From: Octopus bimaculoides | Lineage: Eukaryota | Reading direction: 5' to 3' | Assembly (NCBI RefSeq): GCF_001194135.2 | Contig: NC_068998.1 | Span: forward strand, 11,893,164-11,957,163 | DNA: 64,000 nucleotides | Part shown: positions 1-13,247 of the stretch, in pieces | Numbering within the stretch: the first letter of the stretch is position 1 | Layout: each line of letters opens with the position of its first letter | Position numbers and translations under genes: made by a program | The notes under the pieces: model-generated | What the model was told of the DNA's origin: nothing | Databases searched by the model: none | The model's input: the letters and a program-made list of their open reading frames with translations, nothing else

Positions 1-208
1 ATATATACACATGCATATACATATATACACACATACATATATACATGCATATACATATATATACACATGCATATATATACATATATACATGCATATACAT
101 GATAGGAAGATCATCAATATATATATGTATAAACAATCTCATAAAATTGACTTTATATACATACACATACATATACACATGCATATATATATATATATAT
201 ATATATAT
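1..208. repeat. Compound (AT/AC/ACAT) microsatellite, one of dozens of (AT)n, (AC)n, (GAT)n and (ATT)n tracts; these produce the YI/IY, CV and TH pseudo-ORFs in the ORF track
   Basis: Read directly from the sequence. Confidence 0.95.
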
Positions 209-312
209 TTAGATTGGAGCCTGGTGTTGCCATCCGGTTTCACCAGTCCTCAGTCAAGTCGTCCAACCCATGCTAGCATGGAAAGCGGACGTTAAACGAT
301 GATGATGATGAT
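209..312 (+). mobile_element. 5'-truncated copy of the RTE-like 3' end
   Basis: Near-identical to about 32190-32295; abuts (AT)n. Confidence 0.85.
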
Positions 313-858
313 ATAGGTGCTTATAGATGTCAAAAGGCTCAGATGTTCAATCTTACATTAAGTGGCTAAATAATTTCTCCAAGAAGTTCTACAAAGAACA
401 TCAACTACTACTTACTTATAAAAACAATGTTTTCAACATGACTAAACTCAGCATCAGGTGTGAGCTTTCAATTACTGGTTCTTAACATTGGTCAGAATCA
501 AATGATTTAAAGAGCTTCTGGAGGCCATGGGTTAGCACCCATGAGATAGATAAAGTGAATAGTTATAAAATTAAGAATAAAATAGGTTTTAAGTGTTATT
601 CCTTTTATTTAGTATTCTAGTCAAAATTACTCCAAAGATTTCCCAAAGTATCATGATGGCTATAATTATGAGACTAATTACTCCAATATTATCTGAAAAA
701 CTATATTTTGTTTTAATAATGTTAGCTTCATGTACACATTCATTGCATGGAAAAAAAAGACAAAATGATAAAAGTCAATAACTAAAAGTTTGGAAATATT
801 TTGTGGGGGGTTTTCTGGATACTTGTTTAAAAATGATTTTGTTTTTGTATTGGGTTCC

Positions 859-1083
859 TAACTGTTTAGCATTTAAGCCAGCCATATCTGGCCCAAAATT
901 TTCTACCCGTTTTCATTCAAACTGGCCAGATCTGTCCTCTCACATGTACCATATAGAGTTATTCTAAAACTAAACAATGACATCATCAAAATTCTGAAGC
1001 TACAAGATAATAGTTAATTCAAAAAACAACGTAAATAAATAAGCTTTACATTTGATGGAGAAATCTGAATATTAAAGAGTTAA
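859..1083 (+). mobile_element. TTAA MITE family 1, diverged
   Basis: Interior ggccagatct...ctacaagataa matches the family; TIRs decayed. Confidence 0.7.
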
Positions 1084-1916
1084 AAAAATATTCTAAAATT
1101 TGGCATAATGTAAAAAATAATCTTCATTATAAAAGGATCAAGTTTTTAATTGACAAAGTTAAGGTGAAACTATAAAAAAAAACTATTGAATCTTATGACA
1201 GATTAGTCATTGTGGAGTTAAATGGTGTTTTATGTCACATCAGGAATTTATCCACCAGCATAAGGTGATAGTTATTATATGCTAAGTCTGACATAATATA
1301 AATTTCTTGCCTAGCAAGTGATCTGATCTGAGACTGTGTTAAAACTAAAACAATTACAGCATGAAAGATATATTAGCCATTCAAAAACATACAAAAACTG
1401 TTAATTTCATCTCAACATTATTTTGGTGTAAAAAAGTTGTTTTTTTTTTTTTTGGAACGGCTGTTATATAAAATTTTGTTCTAAAAGGAAAATGCTGTTA
1501 TTATATAAATTTTTGTTCTAAAAGGAAGCTTGTTTCATGATATATACTCTCCAATAATTGTCAAAAACTGTAGCAGGAAAATAAAAGAAAATTGCATTAA
1601 ATGAATGTGCAGAAATATATAGTCAAGAAATGTGTTTGTTAACTTTATTCACAAGTATTGACTCACTTGAATGAACGAATGAACAAACAAACATCAGAAT
1701 CCGAGGACATAATAGGGGTCTGAATGTGCAAATATAAATAGAATAAGTTTGTACATGTATGTCAATTCTGATTTTCAGTAGGGCCTTGCTTTGGAAGGAA
1801 AATGAAATGCTTTCTGTTGGTGCTGAATAAAGCACTAATGGAAATGATTTGAGCAAGAAGGTAGGAGAGAAAGAGAGCACAAGATAACCAGGCTAGAAAC
1901 AGATGTTAGTAGAAGG

Positions 1917-1940
1917 TCAGCAGTCAAGTCTGAGTGAGGC
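1917..1940 (-). CDS. Candidate alternative terminal exon ASLRLDC*
   Basis: Strong acceptor ttctttttttgcag|GCC; phase 0 fits the 3449 donor; AATAAA on the minus strand at 1644-1649. Confidence 0.3.
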   Translation of the reverse strand, partial: ASLRLDC

Positions 1941-2154
1941 CTGCAAAAAAAGAATTATAAAAGAAAACTAAAACAAATGGTAGAAGGGAGGTGTTGAAAG
2001 ATTAACTATCTTAAGGTACAACAGAAAAGTAACTTTCTGAGTGACATACATAGATACACACACAGATACACACACACNNNNNNNNNNNNNNNNNNNNNNN
2101 NNNNNNNNNNNNNNNNNNNNNNNNNNNNNNNNNNNNNNNNNNNNNNNNNNNNNN

Positions 2155-2193
<39 letters not shown>

Positions 2194-2318
2194 CATACAC
2201 ATGATTAACTGTTAGCGATTACAATTCTTCATAGCTAATAAATGTAATTATACAGTATTACATAATTAACATTTACAAATCTAGTATTGAATATTGTCAG
2301 TCTTTCTATATGTTAGAC

Positions 2319-2522
2319 CTGGGGTTCTCAACCATTTTTTTTATTCCCTTTGATTCCTATTTTACTTGGGTGGACCCCATAGCCATTTGATGTTTAAAAA
2401 ACCCTACTGTATCGTCATAATGGTCTGAAGTACAGCTTTTTCATGGCCCCTGAAAAATTACCATATATTGCATCCGTGGACACCCCATCCAAACTTATAT
2501 GGACCCCAGTTGAGAACCCCTG
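2319..2522. mobile_element. hAT-type MITE (204 bp)
   Basis: TIRs ctggggttctcaac / gttgagaacccctg; perfect 8-bp TSD tgttagac at 2311-2318 and 2523-2530. Confidence 0.88.
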
Positions 2523-3093
2523 TGTTAGACTCATGTTTGTTATACAAGTGGCCTTTGTCATCTCTTATAGATGGTCTAAATATCTGCATTGGGAAAGTTC
2601 CTTTCAAAAGTGCAGGCTTGAACAAGGTTTCTTGAAGATCAGCTATTACTCATATATGCAAGACAACTCTCTCCAAGCCACTTGTGTTTAGAAAAGAAAA
2701 GGGCAATTCTGACACAGCCTGGGACTTGTGTCGTTATTAGTGTTACTGAAAAAATTGGTGAGTTGGAACAGATACTATAAGGCATCCTGTCTGATGCTCT
2801 CATAATTCCACCAATCCAGTGCCCTGGGCAGGTAATTTTCTCTTTTTATTGACCATGATAGGATGAAAGGTAAGGTTAACCTTGATAAGATTTGAATTTA
2901 AAGTGCAGAGTTGTTACAAAAACTGAAGCAATTCTATTCAACATTCCCATGATTCTGTCATTTCACCATTTTATTATATAAAACATTGATACTTTGTGTA
3001 AAAATGGGAGACTCAGAAACATAAATAAATGTGTCTGAGTACACAAAGCCAGATCAGCATGAACATTAGGGAACCTAAAATTAGGGGAAAGAG

Positions 3094-3311
3094 TTAACCC
3101 TTTAGCATTCAGATTACTCTATCTAATGCATATTCATTCACACTGATTTGAATTAATCATGCATTAACTTGTAGCTTTGAGATTTCTATGATGTGATTGT
3201 TGATTTTTGCAATGACATTGTTAAGTAGGTGTGAATGGCCAGACCCGGCCAGTTTGAGAACATAAGACAGGTAGAAAATTTGGGGCCAGCTTTGGCTAGT
3301 TTAAATGCTAA
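3094..3311 (-). mobile_element. TTAA MITE family 1
   Basis: Starts ttaaccctttagcattcagattactct; right TIR truncated. Confidence 0.75.
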
Positions 3312-3448
3312 TGATGATGATTATATATATATATATATATATACATACATAGCTCTTCAAAGATTTTTCACAACCTGCAAAACTGGACTTGTAATTCTCA
3401 GTTAATGGATATATTATAGTGAAATGGAGAAGAAAAAACGCCTCTTAC

Positions 3449-3516
3449 CTGAGATGGTACTGAGTTATCCCTTGATGAGTATCCTGAGCGATTATAGGGA
3501 ATATCGGTATTTTTGC
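3449..3516 (-). CDS. TCF12/TCF4-like: E-protein exon (68 nt, phase 1 to 0): (S)KNTDIPYNRSGYSSRDNSVPSQ
   Basis: Acceptor attttgtttttgtcag, donor CAG|gtaaga. Resembles TCF12 [22 protein letters not shown] (recalled). Confidence 0.88.
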
Positions 3517-4366
3517 CTGACAAAAACAAAATTTGAATGTTAACACAGGATTGAAAACTAAGAAAATGAAAATAAAATAAAATAAGAGAGCATGCGTTAT
3601 GTACATATAAAGTCATTACTGTGACATCAGAGGCTATTTGTGTAAAATACAGTGGTGCTGTGTTTCAGGTTCAGTCCCACTGCAGGAAACCATGCGCACA
3701 TGTCTGCAACTATCGCCTGGGCAGACAAATGCTTTGTCAGTAAACTTAGTAGACAGAAACTGCACGGAAGCCTGTTGTGTACACACACACACACGTGCAT
3801 ATGTACATGCACGTCTTTGTGTTTGTTCCCTACCACCACCACCACCACCACCACCACCATTTGATAACCGGTGTTGGTTTGTTTAAGTCTCTGTAACATA
3901 GCAGTTTGGCAAGAGAGACCAACAGAGTAAGTACCAGACTTTAAAAATACTAGTGTCAATTTGTTTGACTAAATGCTTCAAGGCAACCAGCACGGCCACA
4001 GTCCAATAACTAAAGACTAGCAGAAAATAAAAGATATACCCATGTCACGATCATTGCCATAAATGCAGCAAGCCATTGATTTACCCATTGAAAACTAGTA
4101 AGCAACAATGGTTTTGCTTATCAATTGCAATATAAAAGGAGATACATAAAAATAACAAAGACTGTCTCTACACTTAATATAAAATTTACTATCATTGCAT
4201 TGTAAGCTTAAGAAAGGCAATTAAGTATGCTTTGCTAGTTTGCTGAACAAAGCGACCAATAGAATAAGTACTAGGCTTAAGAAATAAGTCCTGCGGGGTC
4301 AATTTGTTCAACTAAAACCCCTTCAGGGAAGTGCTCCAGTATGGCCACAGTCAAGAAACAAACAAA

Positions 4367-4405
<39 letters not shown>

Positions 4406-4934
4406 CATATATCATACACACACACATGCACACAAAAAAAAGCAAGCATCACCCCACTACCTCAGCTGACTAATCAGTAGTATGAAAGATAAATCCAGTT
4501 ACAAAAGGAATAAATAAATAAAAAGAAAAAGACCTTCCCACTCATGCAAGCTTTAATAATATAAGAAAAAAGTATGTTCAAGCATATGATAAGAACACAC
4601 ACAAATATATATATATATATAGAATAAGCCTAATTTGTGACATAGACCAGTTCAGTCTTCTATGCTAGTGCAGTCTCCAACCAACTAACTAGTAACACTT
4701 TGTTTTACACAACAACATTTGCCAAAGGTTAGGTAGCTTTTGTTTGGCGTGAGATAAGTACCTTTGTTTCTTTTCACTAATTCCTGTTATAAATATATAT
4801 CTTTTTATATCTGCCTACTTCTTTTTATTTCTTCCTAATAATAATTATGATATATATATATATATACAAGCAGAAATACTGCCTGCAAGCAGTTTTCCAC
4901 TGCTCATTATGATAAGGATGGATATGCATGTGTT

Positions 4935-4983
<49 letters not shown>

Positions 4984-7255
4984 TTGTGTGTGTGTGTATG
5001 TGTATAGAGAGAGAGAGATACATACACAAATATATATATACATATATATATGTATACTTATGGGCACACACAGGCACACGCACACACTAAATCTGCAGCC
5101 AAGGTTAGACTTTACAGTCTGTTCAGAAGTTGCTCTTTGTTGTCCTACAAAGACACTCTCCATAGTTTGCAAGACGACATATACACCATTTCCTGTTACT
5201 AACTCCAATCACAATTTTATTTAAAACTACCCAGATCTAGAGAACCAGTTTCTTTTAATTTGACCTAGTCTCATCAACAGTTTCTCTAACAACCTCAGCT
5301 TCCTTAGATAATGTTATCTATCTAGTTATCTATGTATTATCCTTGATCTACAGCATCTCAATTAAAAAAATGTTCCTATCATCACAGTTGCTTCACCTTA
5401 GCAGGGTTCAAACAAAACATTTCTGCTCAGTACCAATATTCTAATCATCTTCCTCTGCTGCTGTTGTGTCAAACACAAAAACAGTTTGCTAAAAATACTG
5501 TGCACTGATTTGATATGCAGCACACTTAAAACTTTTTAGCATGAACACTCTTTCACAGGAAGACCAACCACTAGTGTTGTTAAAGCTAAATAACTAACCT
5601 GTGTAAAAATATCCATTATCTTGAGAAAATATCTTGTTTACGAGGTTTTCAAGTGTTATTTTTACAAAACAAATTTTTATTCCACCAGAGTCAAGTGATT
5701 GACACACTATGGGCCCCCGTTATGAATTATGTAAACATATAGAAGACTAACTAACATACGCTCTGTATTCTTCTCATTATAGTTGAAACAACTGACATGT
5801 ATCTACTGAGGATTACATAGTAAAGTTCAATAAAAGTGCCTCAGAAGTATATGTTTAGTTCTCAAGAGGAAGCCCAGCTTTTGGCATACAATATCAGCAA
5901 TGTTATTTATAGGTGTGTATCTGCCATGGAAGATCATTAAAAGTTGAGAAGCCCAGTGCTTGCAGAAATTTTACAGGTGTTATTCTATACATTTACTTAA
6001 ACTATTTCTTATCATTTTACATCACAAATTGTTTCTAAGATAGTATCATCTTTTATCTTTTACTTGCTTCAACTGTTGGGCTATGGTCATCCTGGGGTAC
6101 TGCTTTGAACGGTTTAGTCAAAGTAATTGATTCCAGTATTTATTCTGTCAGGCTCTCATGCAGAATTGTTAAGTTAAAGTTAGATGGACAAAAACAAACC
6201 AAAACTGGTTGTCAAACAATGAGAACAAACACACACACACTCAACGGGCTTCCACAGTTTGTATCAAATTCACCCACAAGGCACTGGTCAACCCAAGGCT
6301 ATAGTAGAAAGACATTAGCCCAAGCTGTTGCATGGTGAAACTAAACCTGAACCTACATGGCTTTTATTCACACATCCATCGAATCCAGCTTTTGTCACAT
6401 TCAAAAGCATGTCATTTTATTTCAGAATATGCTGGTTATACCTTGAATATTATACTTTCAGCTCAACAATGACCTTTAAGCTTAGCATGCTAGCCAATAT
6501 ATGTGACAGTCGAAACTGTCTGACATTTTAGGTTACATAATGTAAATGAAATCAAAATTGATAGGGTTTCTTTAAGTCAAAGAATTAAAATTATTGACAT
6601 TCATGCCAACACAAAGATTTTTTACTTTGGAAACTTTGTTAGTAATAGGAAGGATTCAGTAATAATATTGTGATGAGGGTAAATATAGATAGGAAAAGTT
6701 GTATTTCCAAAAAAAACAAACAAAGTCACTTTCCTATTCATAAAGTTGTACATATCTTTCTTGATAAAGTTGGGGGAAATAAACATCAGAGGTGCTTTGC
6801 CTCTTACAGAATCAGCAGGAGCTAATCAGAGGTATAGTGCAAGCTCTTCTTCTGAATCCACTGCAATGGTGGAAACCTTTCTGTATCATCAGCAAGGATC
6901 TCACTATCAGAAGTATTTCACCTCTTAGCCCAGTAGTTCTCAAAGTGGGCGATATTAATACTCCTAACTGTCCCTATACAAAACAAATTCACTAATCATT
7001 TCCATTAATTCACTATAATTAATTTGTCATTAAACATTTTGTACTGGATTCATAGTAAGTTCTCCAATATGACCAAAACTGTAAACTGAACATGTGTCGG
7101 TCACAGTAGATATAATAAAATGGGTAATTTGCCAGCATAAGAAAAATCACATCATAAATTTTGTTGCCAAGTAATATTAGTACATAATTTATACATAACC
7201 AATCCCTCACTTAACTGCCAACAATGGTTTTCCCAAATAAAAAGCAGATACTTAC

Positions 7256-7334
7256 TAAGGAGAGACATATCATTATTCATAAACGAGTGCATGTTTTCAT
7301 TTGCCTGTCCATTGTATGTTTGGTTATCATAAAG
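7256..7334 (-). CDS. TCF12/TCF4-like: E-protein exon (79 nt, phase 0 to 1): LYDNQTYNGQANENMHSFMNNDMSLL(S)
   Basis: Acceptor ctcttttcattttag, donor TTA|gtaagt. Phases fit both neighbouring exons; contains the FMN motif. Confidence 0.88.
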
Positions 7335-10300
7335 CTAAAATGAAAAGAGTGAATTGTATCAGTAATATCATAAAATAAATAATAACAAATAAATTAAAAA
7401 TACTAACAAAAAAATTCTTTTTTAAAAAACTTGAAAACATATCTATGATATATAAAAAAAACTGTTACTCTCCAAAAATGATCTATTAGCGAATGTAAGT
7501 ACTTAGGTGCACCACAGCATGATGAAAGGAATAAGAAGCTTGCTTTACAACACTAGCTCCTGTGTTCAATCCCATTGTGTGGCATCTTGGACAAATGTTA
7601 TTTGCTACAGCTTTGGACTGACCTCCACACCTTGTGAATGCAACTGGGGAAGGTGGGAACGATATAGAAGCTTGCCAGGTGGATTGTGCCAGTAATTCAA
7701 AATATGCAGCTAAGTCTCACACACTGTGTCATAACAAATCAGCCTGAAAATTATGCCAAAGGTAGATGTGCCAGCAAAGTGAATGCTCAGCCACTTCACA
7801 GTTAATTCAGTAAGTTGTCTAGATGATCAAACAACTGGATTCGCATCATCAAACAATGAAGATACACAGTGTGTGTGTGTGCGTGCGTGTGCCTCATCAT
7901 CATCATCATTTAATGTCCGTTTTCCATGCTGGCATCGGTTGACATTGGAGCTCCATTGTTGGCTTTGGCATGGTTTCCACAGCTGATTGCCTTTCCCAAA
8001 GCCAACCACTTTATAGTGTATAATGGAAGCTACTTTCATGCCACCAGCCCTAGTGAGGTTCCTGAATAACTTGCAAGTCAGGAAAAGAACAAGAAAAGGG
8101 AAAAAAAAGCTCCCTTGATTAAGTGGAAGTATACAAGAGGGGAGAGTATTTGAAAATGGTGGGAGAAGTAGCTTTATACCAGGTGTTGTAGGAGTGTTTA
8201 ATATATATATATATATATAGTGAGAGAGACACACACACACACACATAGGATGTGTGTGCGCGTGTGAACAAATGTTACAATATTGAATATGTAATTATTT
8301 GCATATATAATTTTTTTTTATATACAAAATTTAACATGCACTTCATTCTTTTTATCTTGCACAGTACTTCAATAAAGTGGAAGAATGCAATATAAGAGTA
8401 AATATAACAAGAAATTATCCAAAAAACATGTTTGAGATCCCCCTAGTGACAGAAAATGTCAATATTGCCTCCAAATACCCGGCTTAGGGTGATGACAGGT
8501 GAACTAAAGCAGTCTTTCTGGCTGACTCACTCACTTGTCTGACTTGTTGAGATGAGAGACAGCCATAGTCTATAAAACTAAAAACTTGAGAACAAAAAAT
8601 AGAAATGAATATCTGAACAGCTCACCCTTTTCATTAACAGCAGCATTTAAATTAAGCACTAATCAATGTGGGTCATTACAGACATTGCACCTTATATACA
8701 AAGTAAACCTATGACCTACACCTTGGAATAGTTTTGTTACTGCTGTGGCTAAATGGTAATTCCCCAAATTTACAGTTTAAACCAAAATATTAAAATTCAT
8801 CCCATACCATCATCATCATTGTTAAAACAATGATGATGCTTGCATAGGAGTTCATTGGGGAAAATTTTCTACAGCCAGATGTCTCTTCTTTGCAACCATC
8901 CCCTACTTATTTCCAAGCAAAGTAGTATTTCCCCATAGCCAGACATGTTTTCACAAAATAGCGGAAATGAATAACATTCATTTACAGTAGTCATGCAACA
9001 TCAAGACAAGGAGACACAAACATGTGCGCACACACACACACACGTTGGGCTTCTTTCAGTTTCTGCCAACCAAATGCACTCACAAGGCTTTAGTTGGCCA
9101 GAGGCTACAGCAGAAGACACTTGGCCCAATGCATTGTGTAGTGTGACTGAACCAGAAACTACGTTGTTGGGAGGCTAACATCTTGACCACATAGCCATGC
9201 TTGCACTATAAATGACAGAAATCTGATTAATTATCACAGAAGGAAATGCCAATGTGAACAATAGGACAATAAGTAAATAGCTGAATGATAAAGAACCAGA
9301 TTACAAGAGCTACATGTTATCTGGTTCATTATCATTTTGATGGTCTACTTTAAAGTTGCTTACTATCCTCTCTAATGTACCACTTGATTTTTTTTAAACA
9401 AGATTTTTGCTTCTTTACAGACACAAGCAATTAATCAAATCCAATACAAGCATGAAACTCCTTTCCACACTCATTATATAGACACACACTTGTGTGTGTA
9501 TATGTCTATATATATCGTAAATGATGATAGTGAATTGGCAGTCAGTAGAATGTAGTAGAGAATACTTTGTGGTATTTATTCTAGCTTTTTGTGTTCTGAA
9601 TTCAAATCCTGCTTAGTTCAACTTCGCTTTTCATTCTATCAAGGCTGACAAAGAGCTAAAATGTGTGAAGATCTTGACTGGTAGGAGATTGGCAGAGCTG
9701 CTAAAACATCAGAGAGAATACCTTGTGATATCTGTTTCATCTCTTTGAATTCTGACAGTAATGTCTGTGATAACACTGGTATCAAGGTGTATTGGTCCTA
9801 AGGCGATGAGACCTATCTTTTGAACAATGGCAGTCAGTAGATGAGAAACTTGCATGCAACAGCCAGTCTTCACAACAACAAGAACAAAAAGCCCAGCCCT
9901 ACACAACATAAAGGTAGAGTCAACCCTGACTGATGGAGGCCCTCATATTCTTCTATTATTTTCCTTGTTTCACTCATTCGATTGTAACAATGCTGGGGCA
10001 CTGTGAAAGATATAGTCAAACAAATCAACTCCGGTACTTAACTTTAAATCTGAAACTTATTCATTTAGTCTCTTTCACTGAACTGCTAAGTTACAGGGAC
10101 CTAAACAAACTAACACTGGTTGCCAAATGGTGGGGGGAACAAATGCAAACATGACTATCATTAATCCCATGCTATCATATCAAACCATCAAAATACCTAT
10201 TGTAGCAATTTTTTTGTCTGTTTTCTTCTTAGCTCATTTGCTCGTCTCTCAGATACTAAAGTTAGTGACTCCAAAACTATCAACGGTTGCTAAGCAAAAT

Positions 10301-10347
10301 TAAAATTCTCTTTTCCAAATGCAGTTGGGGAGGTGGCAATAACGATA

Positions 10348-10580
10348 TTAACCCTTTAGCATTCAGATTACTCTGTCAAATGTAATGCTTATTTATTCAC
10401 ATTCTTTCAACTTAATCATGCATTATTTTGTAGCTCTGAGATTTTGATGCTGTGGCTGTTTATTTTGAGAATGACATAGTAGGGTCAGGGTTATGAAAAA
10501 CTGTATCTGGTTGGTTTGAACATAAAAACAAGTAAAATGTAAAGGGCCAGATATGTTTGGTTAAAATGCTAAAGGGTTAA
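10348..10580 (-). mobile_element. TTAA MITE family 1, reverse orientation
   Basis: Intact TIRs ttaaccctttagcatt / aatgctaaagggttaa; interior is the reverse complement of the 13018 copy. Confidence 0.85.
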
Positions 10581-10976
10581 GTTAAACAGCCCATGCTTGT
10601 TTATAGGTTAGATATAAATATTTATATATAAAAACAAAATGCAATAGAAATAGATTCACCCACACTAGTACATAAGAGCTGAATTTCTTCTCTCTAATAC
10701 TATCCACACATGGAGAGAATAAATTTCATTGTTTTCATTTATTAAAAAGTGTCTTTCAACTATCTGATGAAGAGAGAAAGAGATGCTACATTGAACCTAC
10801 TCTTGCTTGTGTCTATTATGTATTTAACTATGTAATAATATTGTCTACATTTAGATGTACCACAGTAGATCAGCTTCTCGAGGAGACACACACACACACA
10901 CACTATAAAGTACAGATGCAGTCACAGTATCTGATTAGCAGTGGGAATAAATTAAACAGCATCAAATTCTCTCCTC

Positions 10977-11552
10977 TTAATCCTTTTGTTACGATATTTC
11001 TGTTGAATTACATGGTCCTTGTTTCATTTCATTTTGAAAATAATCATCACCCTCATCATTTAACGTCCACTTTCCATGCTAGCATGGGTTGGACGGTTTG
11101 ACATGGAGCTGGCTAGCAGGTAGCTGTCCAGACTACAACTGTCTATAGTGGCATGGTTTCTACAGCTTCCACTTCCTAATGCCAACAACCACTTAACAAC
11201 TTAATGCCCTTCCTAACGCCAACCACTTAACAGAGTGTGATGGGTGCTTCTTATGAGCCACCGGTACAGGTGTATTTACACAGCACCAGCACAGGTGTAC
11301 CAATGCAGCATTGGCACAGGTGCTTTTTAAGTGGCACCAGCACCTGAAAGGACAAACCCGTATGTGTGGAAGACAGCGATTTTGGAAAATAATGAAGAAT
11401 TTAGTAAAATATCTGTCACTGTTAAGCTGGTCTTTAGAACATAAATTAACATGAAATTTTGATGGACGGTTTTAATTTAGATCACTTTAAAACAGGAAGT
11501 TGGTGTCATAAAACCAGGGCAATCTCAGGCAATTTAGTATCAAAAGGGTTAA
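10977..11552. mobile_element. TTAA MITE family 2, interrupted by a retroelement
   Basis: Ends ttaatccttttg... and ...caaaagggttaa; its two halves match the uninterrupted partial copy at about 58870-59030. Confidence 0.7.
11045..11384 (-). mobile_element. Older RTE-tail-related element inserted into a TTAA MITE
   Basis: (GAT)n-type tail at the left end; flanked by the direct repeat gaaaataat (11036-11044 and 11385-11393). Confidence 0.7.
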
Positions 11553-11848
11553 AAGTGAATATTGAAGTAACGCTTTAAATCATAATAAAACTAGATTATT
11601 TGATTAGCATGACAATAACATTAAAACAATAGTTAACAGAGGACTCTGTAACCACAATGTGCTAGAACAGAAAGGGAAAGTCATTTTTAAGACCTAAAAA
11701 AATTCTTCACATTATAAATAATCTGTTAGCAAATGGAAGAGAGTAAGTCAACCTCAGTCGAGAGACAGCTTTCTTTGTTCTTTGTAGATGAAGAGGTTTT
11801 AGCAGATTAGAAAAATATAGATAATTACTGCAGAAGTGGTTTACTTAC

Positions 11849-11904
11849 CCTTGAATCATAACTAGAGCCTTGTCCATTGTTACTCCAATTTGCATCATCT
11901 AGGC
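11849..11904 (-). CDS. TCF12/TCF4-like: E-protein exon (56 nt, phase 1 to 0): (G)LDDANWSNNGQGSSYDSR
   Basis: Acceptor attttattttgtag, donor AGG|gtaagt. Only one frame is open; resembles TCF12 [25 protein letters not shown] (recalled). Confidence 0.9.
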
Positions 11905-12365
11905 CTACAAAATAAAATCAATTCATTGACTTATCATAGCATTACACCATAATATTTTCCAAAAATTTATCAACAATGTTTATAAGTTAAATGACAAACA
12001 AATTAACTAATATCCACATTGAGTATATCTGATTAACATTCAGATATGACCATTCACTGTGATAGCAAGTACAAATGATGCTGTGTAAAAAAATTGTATT
12101 AGATTCTCTTACTTTATCACATTCTTAAATCTTTCAATATCCTTAGATTTGTCTTATAACAATATTCTTTCATCAGCCAAAATCTAAAATATACAACTAG
12201 TTTTCTTGCTTCAAGCTTAAATGCTTGAGAACAGGTAGTTTTAACGAACTAAGAATTTATTTTGTACAGTGTTGAATATGTTTCTTTGCCTTTGTTGTTC
12301 AAATTCATGCTACTGCTCACAAGCATTATATACATATATACATATGTATATATGCGTGTGTCTGC

Positions 12366-12404
<39 letters not shown>

Positions 12405-12649
12405 TATAGTAAGAGGAGGGATATGATATCCAGGCATACGAGTCTTTCAGAGTAAAATACCATGGCTGGTTTCTTCTGATGGTGTGTTTTTTGGTAATCT
12501 ACCTTCAGCTTTCATCTGATGTCCCAGTTTATTTCTTGGCTACTTAGAGTGTAAAGAACAATATTAAAATGGGAAAACGAAGAATTTGAACACTGAATGT
12601 TCAAATTCTTCATTCTCCACATTTCTATGGAAGACTGGAAATGAACAAC

Positions 12650-12950
12650 AGCTCATGTATGGACTGCACTTTTAAAAGTGCTCACCACCCGTCCTTGTAT
12701 TAACATTACCACTATCACCAGGCCTAAGTCACAGTACCGTGTTGCCCCAAACTTCCACAGCATGACTTCTAACCTCATACAGAAACTCTGTCATTAGCAA
12801 CCTTTGCAGGATACTTTACACCAGAGAAACAGGCTGTTGCCCAACCAATCACTTTCAGGAACACATTCAAAATACAATACTATATATGCCAGGCCAACTT
12901 GTCATCACCCACTTAACATAACAGGCCATTCCATTACCCTTTTATCAGTG
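12650..12950 (+). mobile_element. Possible Penelope-like (GIY-YIG) remnant
   Basis: PVLVLTLP and IY.RPTC..PLNI fragments weakly resemble the PLVLTYHP and YIGQT.RPL motifs. Confidence 0.25.
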
Positions 12951-13017
12951 AGTGGCATCTCCACAAACTGAAGAAAGTGAAAAGAACATTTCATATTCAA
13001 ATTTGAAACCTATGGCT

Positions 13018-13247
13018 TTAACCCTTTAGCATTTAAACCGGCCATATCCGGCCAAAAGTATTCTGCCTGTTTTATGTTCAAACTGGCCAGATCTGGTCTC
13101 TCACACCAACCCTACAATATCATTTTAAAAATTAACAGCTACCTCATCAAGATCTCATAGCTACAAGATAATGCATGATTAGTTCAAAACGATGTGGATA
13201 AAAAAAGCATTAATTTTGGCAGAATAATGCAAACACTAAAGGGTTAA
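13018..13247 (+). mobile_element. TTAA-flanked, piggyBac-type MITE, family 1 (about 230 bp)
   Basis: Ends ttaaccctttag... and ...ctaaagggttaa; eight related copies in the window. Confidence 0.85.

Noticed and set aside
11-295. YI/IY, CV, TH and X-rich ORFs throughout the ORF track
   Set aside because: They are translations of microsatellites and N gaps.
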